From a virus (lineage: Duplodnaviria > Caudoviricetes), in IMG/VR virus record IMGVR_UViG_3300005841_000939: a DNA stretch of 64,000 nt; one strand, written 5' to 3'. The notes beneath the pieces were generated by a model. It worked only from the letters and a program-made list of their open reading frames with translations. It was not told the origin of the DNA and made no database searches. Both the position numbers and the translations under genes were made by a program. Below are positions 1 to 11,092 of the stretch, piece after piece (positions within the stretch are counted from its first letter, which is position 1; every line of letters begins with the position of its first letter).

Positions 1-1686
1 AAATTGGATAAATCCCTTTCCATTTATACCATAATTTATCAAATCAGTTCCAGAAATACCTTGTATATATTGGAAAGAATTCAAATAACCATATTCAAGA
101 CGAGGTCCACCAATAGTATTTTGGAATGAACGGAATGCAAAAGATTTTTGAACGTTTGTGATAGATCCAGGTTTAACGTCTCTTGGATATACACGATCCA
201 AATAATTGAAATCCATTTTTACACCAGTGATTGTTAAATCACCAGCAAATAAGAAATTACTTCCGCTAGTTTGTGAGACAACAGTAAATGTTCCACCAGA
301 AACGATAGATGCTGAAATACTTAATGCATTTATTTCAGGATATTCAAAATCAATACCACTAAATGCTTGATCATATGTTTGGAATCTGTGAATACCAGAT
401 GCGAAATCTAAAACAGTAAAGTCAGGAAAATCTGGATCACGACTATATTCTAAACGTGCTTCAGTAAATGCATGCGAATCATCAAAAATGTTATCAACTG
501 CAAATGGATCTGCAAATAACAATCCATGAGTAATTTGTTCCCAAATTGGAGGTTCAATCCAACATCCACCAGAAACTATTGCTGGCAATGTTGAATATTC
601 TGGACCTTGTTTCTTTTCAAAGAAAACTTCTGCGATACGTGAATCTCTACATGACCAATCAGCAAAGGTTGCAGATGGTGCATAACTGGTATTATCAACA
701 TATGAAAATTTAAATGGTGCCAATGAATCATGCAATCCACCCCAAAAAATTGAGTGAACATCATCACCAACACCAGTATGCCAGTAAACAGATTCCAACA
801 GGTTTTGTTGACGAATCCATGTTGATCCATCAAACTTATAAACCAAATCAAGAATTCTAGTCTTCACCAAATCATTAATATTAGTTGTAGTTGGAATATC
901 AATTTGATAACCTTGAGAATATTTTTGTAAAAGGTTAATTTCAACATCTGAGATTGAAACTCTTTCACTTCTTCCACCAGTTGATAAACCATGGTCGCCA
1001 GTTCCAACGAAACGAATACCATGAGCAGCAACAGGATATGTAGCCAATGCATCAACCGTTGCATAATTAATAGCAACATTTTCACTATCATTACCATCAG
1101 AATTTTTGCAATTTGGACATTCAGTATCACCAAGGTATTCAACCTTAACGTTTACATATCCATTATTGTCTTTTAAATTGACATCATCAAAAATTAAACG
1201 TAATATACTATTAGGTTGATCAACACAAAATTCATATGTCTTTGGATAAAAACTTGAATTAAAACTATCTTGTGCTTCAACTAATGTATTGTAATAACCG
1301 TTTACTAAAGCTTTCTTCGCAACTGGCACTTCATTAATGAAAACATAAAATCCAACGTGAAATAAATTTGGACCCAAATTTGAATTGTCTGATCCTGTTG
1401 GTGTATCTGTATTATCATCACAATTATTATTACCAAATTTTCCCAAACCAGGGACAGATGGAAGCCAGTGAACACAAGGAATAAGATCAAGAGCGCCAGG
1501 AATATCAATAAGTCCTGGAATTTTAATACCAACCAATGGAGTTAATAATCCACCTGAAAGAATATTAGCAACTTGACTACCGCCGCCCAAAAAACCAACT
1601 GTTTGATTAAATGCATCGGAAATGGCGCCACCAACACTACTAAAAATGTCGCTTATACCACCAAAAATTCCGCCCGATCCACCCAT
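1..1686 (-). CDS. Putative tail fibre/baseplate-associated protein with Kelch-like motifs; C-terminus runs off the window start
   Basis: Not in the ORF track because it has no stop in the window. Translated by hand from ATG at 1686 (MGGSGGIFGGISDIFSS...), open to position 1. Kelch-like segment YKFDGSTWIRQQNL...WHTGVGDDVHSIFWGG. Starts 8 nt after the stop of the preceding gene. Confidence 0.7.
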   Translation of the reverse strand, partial: MGGSGGIFGGISDIFSSVGGAISDAFNQTVGFLGGGSQVANILSGGLLTPLVGIKIPGLIDIPGALDLIPCVHWLPSVPGLGKFGNNNCDDNTDTPTGSDNSNLGPNLFHVGFYVFINEVPVAKKALVNGYYNTLVEAQDSFNSSFYPKTYEFCVDQPNSILRLIFDDVNLKDNNGYVNVKVEYLGDTECPNCKNSDGNDSENVAINYATVDALATYPVAAHGIRFVGTGDHGLSTGGRSERVSISDVEINLLQKYSQGYQIDIPTTTNINDLVKTRILDLVYKFDGSTWIRQQNLLESVYWHTGVGDDVHSIFWGGLHDSLAPFKFSYVDNTSYAPSATFADWSCRDSRIAEVFFEKKQGPEYSTLPAIVSGGCWIEPPIWEQITHGLLFADPFAVDNIFDDSHAFTEARLEYSRDPDFPDFTVLDFASGIHRFQTYDQAFSGIDFEYPEINALSISASIVSGGTFTVVSQTSGSNFLFAGDLTITGVKMDFNYLDRVYPRDVKPGSITNVQKSFAFRSFQNTIGGPRLEYGYLNSFQYIQGISGTDLINYGINGKGFIQF

Positions 1687-1694
1687 TTAATTCC

Positions 1695-3626
1695 TCACTT
1701 ATTAGCGTTGTTTCCTACTTGTCCTGCACCATTTATATATGTTATTCTATACTTTCCACATTTCTTTAAGTTTAATTGTGTACCTTTATCTTCTGCTGAA
1801 TTGATCGTCATAACATCAGCAATCACTTCAACTTTAGTAGTTGTATACAAATCAGTATCAGAAGTACCAACATCAACAAAAATTGTTTTTAATCTTTCAA
1901 ATGATTGCAATGAATCTGTGGTATCAATTGATGTTAAATAAGATTTTCCAGTTGATGAACCTGCATATATAATGCCATCAATTGACATAGTTGTGTAACG
2001 TTTTGCATTATCAGTTCCACTTTGATTTGCAACAAATTGTGCCAGTGTTTGTTCGCCATCTTTGCCAAGTGCATAATTACTTAGTGAACTTTGAACAGCA
2101 AACTTATCTTGGCGGTCAGAAACTGAAACAGTTAATGCACCAGCCGAATCTCCACGACTTGTATTCAAATTAAAATTATCTATTTTTCTGAAATAAGAGA
2201 AATTGTAATCAGCATTGCCAACATAAACTTCCATACTTGAAAGAACACCTGATTTTCCATATTCTTGATATTGGCGATAATCAGTTACGTTGAAATTTTT
2301 AAATCCGCCAACCATAACAGCAGCTTTATTACTATTTCCGCCTTGAAGATGGAATGAACGTTGAGTATTACCTTTTGGTTGACCATTACGTGAAAAACCT
2401 GAACCATTCCAAATTTCAATAGTATCAAGTATTGTTGGTTCATTTGTATCAGTTTTATTGATGCCACCAAAAACTAAACCACCTGCAATATCTCCATTTG
2501 CACCACCGAATGAACGATCAACGTTCAACATACCTAAACTATTACGATTAATTTCGGATTCAGTTGAACGCCAATTAATAGGATCAATTGTTCCCAACAA
2601 ACTTTGTTTGTTAGGATCATAATCAACATTTATTGATACTTGACCAGCAATTGCATGACTTATTTCTGTATCAGCAGGAGTTGAAGTTTGTGGTTCAGTA
2701 CATGTATCAACAACATAATTACCAACTTCACCAACTGTTTGTAAATTTGCAGTACTTGTCAAACCGCCAATCCAATTACTAATCAATGTATCAGTATAAA
2801 CTGATGAATTTTGTCCTGTTCTACCTTTTGATACGTCAAATACAACATCACTGGTCAAATCTTTAATTCTGATTGCCATTGCTGAATCAAGAGTATAAAA
2901 TTGACCAAAATAACGTCCTGGTTCAAATGTATAATTGACATCAAGCAAAATTTGAGCGATTTTTAACTTTTCAAATGGCTTTGTTGATAATTTCAAATCA
3001 GGAACAGTTACCCATCCACCTACTGTAAAATCAGTATCTGTAAAAAATCCACTATATTGCAATGGATTTGCAGAATATTTTTTAAATTCATCGTTTATAT
3101 ATTTGTCTATTGAAAAGAATGACAAACTTTCTTGTGGAACTTCAACATCATAACCACTAATATTTGGAACCTTAACATTTGCAAATTTTGTGTTATCTTC
3201 CAAGAAATCTGTTGAAACTCTTGCCGACCACCAAACGTTGCCAAATTTTGCAAGACGTTGGTATACCATAAAAGTATCAACATCTTTTACGAATTCAGCT
3301 AAATCTATTTTTTCTACATCAATATCTTGGAATGACAAAATTTGGTTGAAATCATCCCATAAAATATTTTTATCAGCATATTCAAATAAATCACGCAACA
3401 ATACTTCATTGATTTTTTCTGTAGACCCATCAACCAAAAAAGATTGCGATGTAAATTCATCCTGAAATCCCATTTCAGTTGCTGACATGCTAGGAACAAA
3501 TTGATGAAATAAATTCTTATAATTAGGAACGAAAATCTTGCAGTTAGCACTTTTTACAGTGAACTTGACGCCAGTGAATGCTTGATAAAATCCATTCCAG
3601 TTAATAGGTTGATCATTCAGATTCAT
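1695..3626 (-). CDS. Putative tail fibre/baseplate protein with Kelch-like repeats (643 aa)
   Basis: Long ORF in the baseplate cluster. Motifs LVFGG...IEIWNGSGF...RSFHLQGG...VMVGG resemble Kelch blades. Confidence 0.6.
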   Translation of the reverse strand: MNLNDQPINWNGFYQAFTGVKFTVKSANCKIFVPNYKNLFHQFVPSMSATEMGFQDEFTSQSFLVDGSTEKINEVLLRDLFEYADKNILWDDFNQILSFQDIDVEKIDLAEFVKDVDTFMVYQRLAKFGNVWWSARVSTDFLEDNTKFANVKVPNISGYDVEVPQESLSFFSIDKYINDEFKKYSANPLQYSGFFTDTDFTVGGWVTVPDLKLSTKPFEKLKIAQILLDVNYTFEPGRYFGQFYTLDSAMAIRIKDLTSDVVFDVSKGRTGQNSSVYTDTLISNWIGGLTSTANLQTVGEVGNYVVDTCTEPQTSTPADTEISHAIAGQVSINVDYDPNKQSLLGTIDPINWRSTESEINRNSLGMLNVDRSFGGANGDIAGGLVFGGINKTDTNEPTILDTIEIWNGSGFSRNGQPKGNTQRSFHLQGGNSNKAAVMVGGFKNFNVTDYRQYQEYGKSGVLSSMEVYVGNADYNFSYFRKIDNFNLNTSRGDSAGALTVSVSDRQDKFAVQSSLSNYALGKDGEQTLAQFVANQSGTDNAKRYTTMSIDGIIYAGSSTGKSYLTSIDTTDSLQSFERLKTIFVDVGTSDTDLYTTTKVEVIADVMTINSAEDKGTQLNLKKCGKYRITYINGAGQVGNNANK

Positions 3627-3674
3627 TCCAAGTTCCTACACGTATGTTTATAATAAATTCTATCCAAAATGCGT

Positions 3675-5357
3675 TTAGCATTCTGTCTGACCTACAAACA
3701 AGTTAGGATATACACCAGAATTTGGAATATCATCAGTTGGATTTGCAAAACCAGTCTTTGCACCAGCAATCATGAAGTTTCCTGGGAAAGTATCTAAAGT
3801 TGATTCGCCATCACGACTAATTGAGAAATAAGCGATTGCTCCACGACTATTTTGTAAATCTTGATAGAAATCGCCATAAATTTCAAAATATGCCATCTTA
3901 CCTGTCAATGTATAAGCTGGAATTGGTACCAAATATGAGAATGTCTTATAAAGCAAGTCACTAGGATTGCCAAATTCGCCAGTATTTACAATTGCAACTT
4001 TAATATCAAATTTAATATGACTGCAAATGCGTTGTGGATCGGTACCACTTATTCCACATGTAACTGTATCAGAGAAAGCATTTTGATTAACAAAATAACT
4101 AATTCCCAAGAAACATAAACCAGGAGATGGACCATCAACACGCATATTGTAATGCATGAAACGTGTAAAGTGTGGATCAAATTCAAAAACATTGGTCTTT
4201 GGCAAATAACCGGTTGGAGCGCCAGTTGCAGCACTAAATTCTAATTCAGTATGGCGAGGTCCAGACAACTGATCCCAATCAAATTCTTCAATAGTTCTAT
4301 TGAATTGAATTGCACAATTTATTTGTTCTCTTGTCAAAAGATTAGGAAGTTTTGCTCTTCCGCAACTACCAGCAGAAAAACGACCATCAACAGTTGTAAC
4401 ATTACTTTTGGTTATTCCAAGATTGAAATTATAGAATGAATTGATGTCTAAATTTTCAAATTCATAATCATCATAAGGAATAGCCAAATTTCCTAAGAAC
4501 ATTTGACTGATTGCCAATGCGCCATCATTTCTTGTTCTACGAATTCTGATTTTTACAGATTCAGTATTGAAACCAGCTCGGAATACAATGTAAACTGTGC
4601 GATACTCTGGCTTCCATTGTTGAAAATCATTTGCATACAATTCAAACATTGGCCAAGGGCCAACAGTTCTTATATCTTGGATAGTTACGCCAGTTCCAAT
4701 TACTTCCAATCCAATATCTTCATAACGGGCATAACAACCCGTTGAAAGATCGGGAACACAAGTCCCTGATGCAGGACTAGATGATGTTGATGGTGAACAT
4801 CCAGGAGTACCTACTCCACTAATATTAGGAACTTCAGAATCATTGCAATATGGAATTTCATAATCAAATGGTACTTCTTGATCAAGCAATGTGTTGACGC
4901 CAGTACCCTTTATTGCAAAAACAAATTGTGAACCACGAACTAATGGTGGGATATAAAATTCACGCTCTAACCAAATTCCATGCTCGCCATTCACATCTGT
5001 AAACGACTTACCACCCTTATATACCAATAATTGTTTAGCACCATCACCTTGAATGTCAGAATCATTTGAAACTAAACCATTGTTGATAGCAGTCCAAGCA
5101 TTTTTCTTTTCAAAGCAATCAAAATTTCCGCCATTACTGAAAATCTTATTACCTCTAGCATCATAATCTAAAAGATTACCATAAAGTTGTGATAAGAAAG
5201 ACGGTGAATTAGCAGCAGCTACAGAAACAAGTTTTGCAAGAACATTGATATTTTGTTGAAGTTCTTGGAGGGGAATATTTACATTCTCATCGGTAACGTT
5301 GGCGTTAGGATTAAGAAGTGATATTTCGTTAATGAAATCTTCTCTATTTTGAGCCAT
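3675..5357 (-). CDS. Putative tail fibre/baseplate appendage protein (560 aa)
   Basis: Baseplate context. N-terminal D-x-VN-x-PLQEL-x-x-N resembles fibre attachment motifs. FSNGGNF...W resembles the start of a carbohydrate-binding module. Confidence 0.5.
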   Translation of the reverse strand: MAQNREDFINEISLLNPNANVTDENVNIPLQELQQNINVLAKLVSVAAANSPSFLSQLYGNLLDYDARGNKIFSNGGNFDCFEKKNAWTAINNGLVSNDSDIQGDGAKQLLVYKGGKSFTDVNGEHGIWLEREFYIPPLVRGSQFVFAIKGTGVNTLLDQEVPFDYEIPYCNDSEVPNISGVGTPGCSPSTSSSPASGTCVPDLSTGCYARYEDIGLEVIGTGVTIQDIRTVGPWPMFELYANDFQQWKPEYRTVYIVFRAGFNTESVKIRIRRTRNDGALAISQMFLGNLAIPYDDYEFENLDINSFYNFNLGITKSNVTTVDGRFSAGSCGRAKLPNLLTREQINCAIQFNRTIEEFDWDQLSGPRHTELEFSAATGAPTGYLPKTNVFEFDPHFTRFMHYNMRVDGPSPGLCFLGISYFVNQNAFSDTVTCGISGTDPQRICSHIKFDIKVAIVNTGEFGNPSDLLYKTFSYLVPIPAYTLTGKMAYFEIYGDFYQDLQNSRGAIAYFSISRDGESTLDTFPGNFMIAGAKTGFANPTDDIPNSGVYPNLFVGQTEC

Positions 5358-5372
5358 TGTCCGTTCTCATCC

Positions 5373-8300
5373 TTAGATTATCTCGTTCCACCACTCAACA
5401 CCATTCTTGACAACAAGCCAATGAACGACACATGGAGCAGGTGAACTTGTTTTAATTCTAAATCCATCCGACGATTTTTCAGTCCAGTACATATTTATAT
5501 TTTCATTACTGGAAAGTATGACGGAATAGCCAGGATCAGTTGGATCAATAGTCATAGATCCTGGATCACCTTGAACACCAATTTCCGGTTTTATCCATAA
5601 TTCGCTATTATACCAGTTATCCAAGTTAGGAGTTGTTGGTGATTCTCCATCAGGAGTTTCAATATATCCTTGTAAGGTTCTACTTCCACAGAAAATAGTA
5701 TCAGGAGTATAAACACCACCAAAAATATCACGATGGAAAGCCATCCAAGAAACTTCTTTTTGTAAAAAGTGACTTGCAGTAATATTGAAACGATTTGGGC
5801 AAAGCTGATTGAAATAAATCTTTTGATTTACAGGACTTGAGAAGAATACAAAGTAATCAGTATTTTTGAAAGGTGAATCAAACGTAATTGTGTCTGATTT
5901 CAATTTTCCATTAACTTTATAGACGCCGGCTTTGAAAACTGTTGTATCTAATGGTCTTGAAACAATCCAATCAACACTTTCACTATATCCATTAAATGAT
6001 GTAAGTATATTAAACTTAACATCTTCTGTACGTTCATAATATGTATTTACGTTTTGATTTGGGGTGAGAGCCACCAAGCCAGCAACGCGCTTATTTTGTG
6101 TTTCGGCCATGTTTCCTCCTCCAACTTCAAATATATCTATACCAAGTTTATTTATTGTGTGAATTTCTGTATAGCTTGGTTTAAAAATGCGTGTTGCATC
6201 TCTAATAAACTGTTCAAATCCATCTTTTTTAGCAGCATCAAACAATAATGATTCTTCTTTAGGAACTTCAAGCTCCAAATCAAAATAGTGAGACTTATAA
6301 ATTTTTGCCAATCCAAACATGTATTCTTTGTCAATTTGTGACAAACGAATTTCATTTGTATCAGTTTTTTCATAAATCCATGGCTCACCAGCATTAAGAA
6401 CCTTACCAGAAACGAATGCAGCACGGGTATCATCAATGATAGTATCAAAGTGCCATGCACCAAATGTTGTATTTGAATACAAATTCTTTCTCAAGTAATT
6501 GTAATCTTCAAATATAGTTCTAACTTTGGTATTTGCCAAATTACCATAGAACAGATACAATGATCCGCCCTTAGTTTGAGTAAAGTCTTTGACATCAACC
6601 CAAATAACTGCAAAGTCATGATCCCAATCAATTTTTGACAACTTAAATGATAATGGCTTTGTCATATCGCTATCTTTATACAAGCGCATAGAGAAATCAC
6701 GGATACCTATATGAGAGAAATTAAATGCTTCTTTAACTGCCAAATTAGATGTTGGGGAAATATTTCCATCAATCTTATAACCATTACCATAAAGAATAAT
6801 AGGAATAACAATTTTTGAACCAATTAATTCGTCGCCAGTTCTTTCAGGCAAACCACTTATTTCAATTTTACGATACCATTTAAATTCAGCTTGTTGTTCA
6901 CGATACTGTGGATTTACATCATATTCTTTTGAAATGTTCCAACTAATTTTGTTCAAAACGATTGGATGGAAATTCTTAACATGATATTGTACATTGAAGT
7001 TATCAGCGTTTCCAACTTCAAGGTAATTCAATCGTGAATTAAAATATTGATCAGGATTGAAAATGAAATATGAAATATTTCTTATATCTTTTGCATATGT
7101 CAAAATATCAATAACAGGTTCTACATTACCTTTAAAATATATTTTGTAATTGACTAATTTTAATTCTGTTCCAGTTGTTGTAGCACTTGCTTTAATAGTA
7201 AATGGTTGATAAACATCAGGTTCAATTACCCAATCTAAATCAAGGATATTAATTTGTGTGTAATCTTTTCCAACAGGTGATGCCGTTGTTGGCGATGTAG
7301 TTGTACTATTTTGGCCGTCTAAATGATCATAAATTTTGTATTGTTGATTGCCATCTCTATCATAATAGATTGCTTTCCACAAATTACGTTTGAAATTGTA
7401 TTGAACGGTGAAGAATGATGTTTGTTCAACTTCATCTGGAAGTGTTGAGAATAAGGTAATCCATTGATCACGATAAACTCTATCTTTCCATTCAATAGGA
7501 TATGAAAGACTACTTGATGAATTCAAGTCAATAATGTTTTGTTGAAATTGTGGTCGTGGATAAACTTCTGATCCAACAATATTTGAAATTTGACCTACAA
7601 GTGAATATGTTGAAAGTTTATGATCATAAATCTTGTCATCATTTTCAATAGCAAATGATGTTGTTATATAAACATTTTTCAACTGTGAATTAGTTGTAGG
7701 TAATTCATATGTCCAATAATTTGTACCTATTTTGAATTCTCTGTGATGAAATGAATTCAAATCAACATAACGAGTACCATCAAGCAAATATTTTATTTCT
7801 CTTGGGGAATATGTGTCGCCACTGACCTTTTCATGTGTTGACAACAACAAACGTAAATCAAAACTCTTTGTATTGTTGAAAGAAGTTGTGATTACCTCTG
7901 TTGGAATATTCTTTGGAAATAAACGTTGTGCAAATACTTCAATCCCTGGTTGTTGATTATGTTTGAATGTGGTATTCTTTTTAGAATCAATAATATCCTT
8001 CTCAAATACATAAAGAATTTCATTTCTAGAAATATTTACATCAATCAAGTTTTTCAAATTTTTACTAACAGTGTCTTGACCAAACATAACAAATAAATCT
8101 TCAAATTGCTCAACGTTAATTAATGAGAATTCATTTCTTAACAATTTGGAATCAATTACGTTATAGTTTTCAATACGACGATTTGCATAACCTTCTAAAA
8201 TATTATCAAATACACTGCCAGTCCAAATGGTCATATCCAAAATATGTACAAATACTTCATCAATTTCTGTTTGCTCACCAATGAATTGATAATCACACTT

Positions 8301-9356
8301 ATTAATTACATTCAATAAATTTCTCTTCCAGAAGAAATAAAAATGTGAAGGATCATAAAAAGATTTCTTAGTATCAATAAGATCATCGGATACCAGAATA
8401 ACATCGGTATATAATGGTTTTTCAAAATTCAAGAAAACGTTTATGTATTTGTTTTTTCTTACATCAGAATTAGGTTCAACAACTAAGAATGCATAATTTT
8501 TAGTCAATGAATTAGTTGGAGCAGTCCAATAAAAAACAATTAGTTTATCTTTATTTGTGTAAATGTTAATCGGATTAAATGTAGTAATATCAACTTCTTT
8601 TGGAATTATTTCGCGCATAGAAACGCGAGTATTTTTACCAAATGGAATTGTCCAATCATACCAATTTGAAAGACTGATACGCCCTTCGTTCTTAACATAG
8701 TTTGTCAATAACGAAGTTGAATTTGTTGAATCATACTCATTGATTGTTAATGTAAAGCCTTCAGTAATTTGTTGATCTGGCATTGTAGCTTTAGTAACAA
8801 TAACTTTTCTACGTAACCAAATTTTTAAAGCACAATCAAATGGAATATCTGTTGGCAAATCATTTACATCCAATGTCTTTTTGAAAACCATGCCAGATAA
8901 TTTGCCAGTTGAATCATATTCATCATCCAAATAGATTGATGGATTTTCAGCTTTACCAACCAATACAGGAATGGGTCTACTAACTTCACGAATTGTGTAA
9001 ATTCCTTCAACTGCAATATCAACATCACCAACTTGGATACCATAAATCGGATCTAAAACCATTTCGGCAACAATTGTATCTAAAACTACAGATTCAACAC
9101 CATAATTGGCAATGAAAACTGCACGATAATTGATTAAGTTGTCAATTACATCTGATGGAACGATTGGATCAAAAATATCAATGTTTCCATCAAGCAATTC
9201 AGGATAAACTACATTTGAATTTGCAATAATTTCTTTTCTAAAAATCTTTCCACCAATAGATTGTCCAAAAATGACCTTATCAGCAGACATACCAACTTGA
9301 TTTGAATATGGATTACCACGGGTCAAGTTAAACGCTATATTTTTATTGACTGTCAT
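5373..9356 (-). CDS. Large baseplate protein with DUF2341-like domain and C-terminal beta-repeat module (1327 aa)
   Basis: WYRKIEI...PLSFKLSKIDWDHDFAVIWVDV...LYLFYGN matches the DUF2341 pattern. FKPSYTEI resembles the KPAHT C-terminal motif of P2 gpI-type wedge proteins. C-terminal repeats are similar to the gp6 insert. Confidence 0.6.
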   Translation of the reverse strand: MTVNKNIAFNLTRGNPYSNQVGMSADKVIFGQSIGGKIFRKEIIANSNVVYPELLDGNIDIFDPIVPSDVIDNLINYRAVFIANYGVESVVLDTIVAEMVLDPIYGIQVGDVDIAVEGIYTIREVSRPIPVLVGKAENPSIYLDDEYDSTGKLSGMVFKKTLDVNDLPTDIPFDCALKIWLRRKVIVTKATMPDQQITEGFTLTINEYDSTNSTSLLTNYVKNEGRISLSNWYDWTIPFGKNTRVSMREIIPKEVDITTFNPINIYTNKDKLIVFYWTAPTNSLTKNYAFLVVEPNSDVRKNKYINVFLNFEKPLYTDVILVSDDLIDTKKSFYDPSHFYFFWKRNLLNVINKCDYQFIGEQTEIDEVFVHILDMTIWTGSVFDNILEGYANRRIENYNVIDSKLLRNEFSLINVEQFEDLFVMFGQDTVSKNLKNLIDVNISRNEILYVFEKDIIDSKKNTTFKHNQQPGIEVFAQRLFPKNIPTEVITTSFNNTKSFDLRLLLSTHEKVSGDTYSPREIKYLLDGTRYVDLNSFHHREFKIGTNYWTYELPTTNSQLKNVYITTSFAIENDDKIYDHKLSTYSLVGQISNIVGSEVYPRPQFQQNIIDLNSSSSLSYPIEWKDRVYRDQWITLFSTLPDEVEQTSFFTVQYNFKRNLWKAIYYDRDGNQQYKIYDHLDGQNSTTTSPTTASPVGKDYTQINILDLDWVIEPDVYQPFTIKASATTTGTELKLVNYKIYFKGNVEPVIDILTYAKDIRNISYFIFNPDQYFNSRLNYLEVGNADNFNVQYHVKNFHPIVLNKISWNISKEYDVNPQYREQQAEFKWYRKIEISGLPERTGDELIGSKIVIPIILYGNGYKIDGNISPTSNLAVKEAFNFSHIGIRDFSMRLYKDSDMTKPLSFKLSKIDWDHDFAVIWVDVKDFTQTKGGSLYLFYGNLANTKVRTIFEDYNYLRKNLYSNTTFGAWHFDTIIDDTRAAFVSGKVLNAGEPWIYEKTDTNEIRLSQIDKEYMFGLAKIYKSHYFDLELEVPKEESLLFDAAKKDGFEQFIRDATRIFKPSYTEIHTINKLGIDIFEVGGGNMAETQNKRVAGLVALTPNQNVNTYYERTEDVKFNILTSFNGYSESVDWIVSRPLDTTVFKAGVYKVNGKLKSDTITFDSPFKNTDYFVFFSSPVNQKIYFNQLCPNRFNITASHFLQKEVSWMAFHRDIFGGVYTPDTIFCGSRTLQGYIETPDGESPTTPNLDNWYNSELWIKPEIGVQGDPGSMTIDPTDPGYSVILSSNENINMYWTEKSSDGFRIKTSSPAPCVVHWLVVKNGVEWWNEII

Positions 9357-11092
9357 TAGTAATCCTTGAAGATAATATGTAGTCTATTATCATTTATCAC
9401 TACTTGATTTATAATCTTATGTGAGAAATCCATATATGATTTTAAATTATCGTTATAAAAAGTCTTATCTTTGATCAAAACTGGATATTCAGCAGAGAAA
9501 CCTTCTTGATAAACACGCACAAATCGTTCATAACGTCCAAAAGTTCCACTTAATGGGAACATAGAAGTCTTTCCATCTTCAATTATGATTTCTATGACAT
9601 CATCTATTAAAATAATTGGATCTAAACCACCAGATGTTGATGGAAACGATGCAATTTCAGTTCCGTCTCTGGTTATTGTCATCTTTTCCAAATGTGGAAC
9701 TTGTAAAGCGAAGTCTGATAGTGTCTTAATACCAGTTGTGTTTGATGAATATGACCAAACCATTGCATTTGAACCAGAAATTGATACCAAACCATTTAAA
9801 CAATCTCTAGGTACTACCTTTTCAACAACAATTGTCTTATCTCCAGAAACTTCAAACTGTTCAATTGATTTATCATACTTAACAGGAGTATTTTTGTCAA
9901 ATTGATAGAACAAACTATCATCAATTTGAATTAATGTATAAAGATTCAATGTTTTACGAACTTTAACAACATCACCAACGATTGCAAAGTCTTCTTTTAT
10001 TGAAGTAATCAAATCATCTTGCGAAGATGAATCATATGCCGCACCAAATGTATAAATTTTGTTCTCTTGAACACCATATTTTACATTTGCAACATATGTT
10101 TGATCATTTGAAAGTCTAAAACCAGAATAGAAACCATTTACTGGTAATGTTGATGCAAATTCTTCTTTAAAATTCTTAAAAGTAAAATCTGAACTAACAG
10201 TATTACCTAAACTACTTGGATATGTGATTCCCAAATCCTCTAAACCAATTATCAATGCTTGAAGGTTTTCAAATTCACCCTTCAAATATCTATCTGTGAT
10301 CTTTTCATTGCGTTTATCAATATTATATGAAAGAATCAATTGGGGATCTTCTTCCTCTTCATTGAAAAATATTTTTATATATGTTGGTGAAACTTGAGCT
10401 TTAAGCACATACCAAACATCAGCTTTAATGTTGCGTACATTGAAATCACCCCATGATGCTAAGAATGTTTCTTTAACTTCACCAGTTTCAACATCAATTG
10501 ACCGCATCCCTAAACCAACATCAAAATTATAAACACCTGGACCAACGAAATAATAATCAGTAATACCAAAATTGTTATTTTGAGTTGAAAAATGTTCTTC
10601 GCCCTTAAGAATCAATTCAAATTTCTTCAATAAATCACCATCAATAATTGACTTATCAAAAATAAATTTTACTTCAATTTCAAATACTGATGATGACACA
10701 TCTGTCAAATACATAAATGGAGCAGCACCATGATTGTCACCAATACCAACAGTTTTATCAGTTGTTGTGCTTCCACTAAATGCGTTTGCATTGACAAATT
10801 CAAATTTATCAGTGTATTTTAATACATTTTCATTTTTATATGAGTCAAGGATATATGGTAATGATATACCTGTATATTTTAATTGAGTATCAGATTTACG
10901 AACAACAGTTTTCCATACATCATCTTGTTCAACTCTTACATTCCAATTCAATTGACGATTATTTCCAAAATTATCAATAAATACCTGCTTTGTATTAGAG
11001 AACAATTTGTCAGGATAAAAACTCGCAACCATTTCAGCATTAGCAAAACGTGAAAAATCAAAAGTCTGATTGTTTAAAATCAAATTACTCAT
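9356..11092 (-). CDS. Baseplate-associated protein with ConA/LamG-like beta-sandwich (578 aa)
   Basis: Overlaps both neighbours. FEIEVKF...DYYFVG...WYVLKAQVSPTYIKIFFN is a lectin-fold pattern. Confidence 0.5.
   Translation of the reverse strand: MSNLILNNQTFDFSRFANAEMVASFYPDKLFSNTKQVFIDNFGNNRQLNWNVRVEQDDVWKTVVRKSDTQLKYTGISLPYILDSYKNENVLKYTDKFEFVNANAFSGSTTTDKTVGIGDNHGAAPFMYLTDVSSSVFEIEVKFIFDKSIIDGDLLKKFELILKGEEHFSTQNNNFGITDYYFVGPGVYNFDVGLGMRSIDVETGEVKETFLASWGDFNVRNIKADVWYVLKAQVSPTYIKIFFNEEEEDPQLILSYNIDKRNEKITDRYLKGEFENLQALIIGLEDLGITYPSSLGNTVSSDFTFKNFKEEFASTLPVNGFYSGFRLSNDQTYVANVKYGVQENKIYTFGAAYDSSSQDDLITSIKEDFAIVGDVVKVRKTLNLYTLIQIDDSLFYQFDKNTPVKYDKSIEQFEVSGDKTIVVEKVVPRDCLNGLVSISGSNAMVWSYSSNTTGIKTLSDFALQVPHLEKMTITRDGTEIASFPSTSGGLDPIILIDDVIEIIIEDGKTSMFPLSGTFGRYERFVRVYQEGFSAEYPVLIKDKTFYNDNLKSYMDFSHKIINQVVINDNRLHIIFKDY

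Noticed and set aside
5492-5499. TATAAATA inside the 1327-aa coding region
   Set aside because: Intragenic in AT-rich DNA and 135 nt from the next start; a chance match cannot be excluded.
9356-9360. Other TAATG stop-start overlaps (9356, 28186, 30137, 33980, 61600) as frameshift sites
   Set aside because: No slippery heptamer precedes these stops; ordinary translational coupling explains them.
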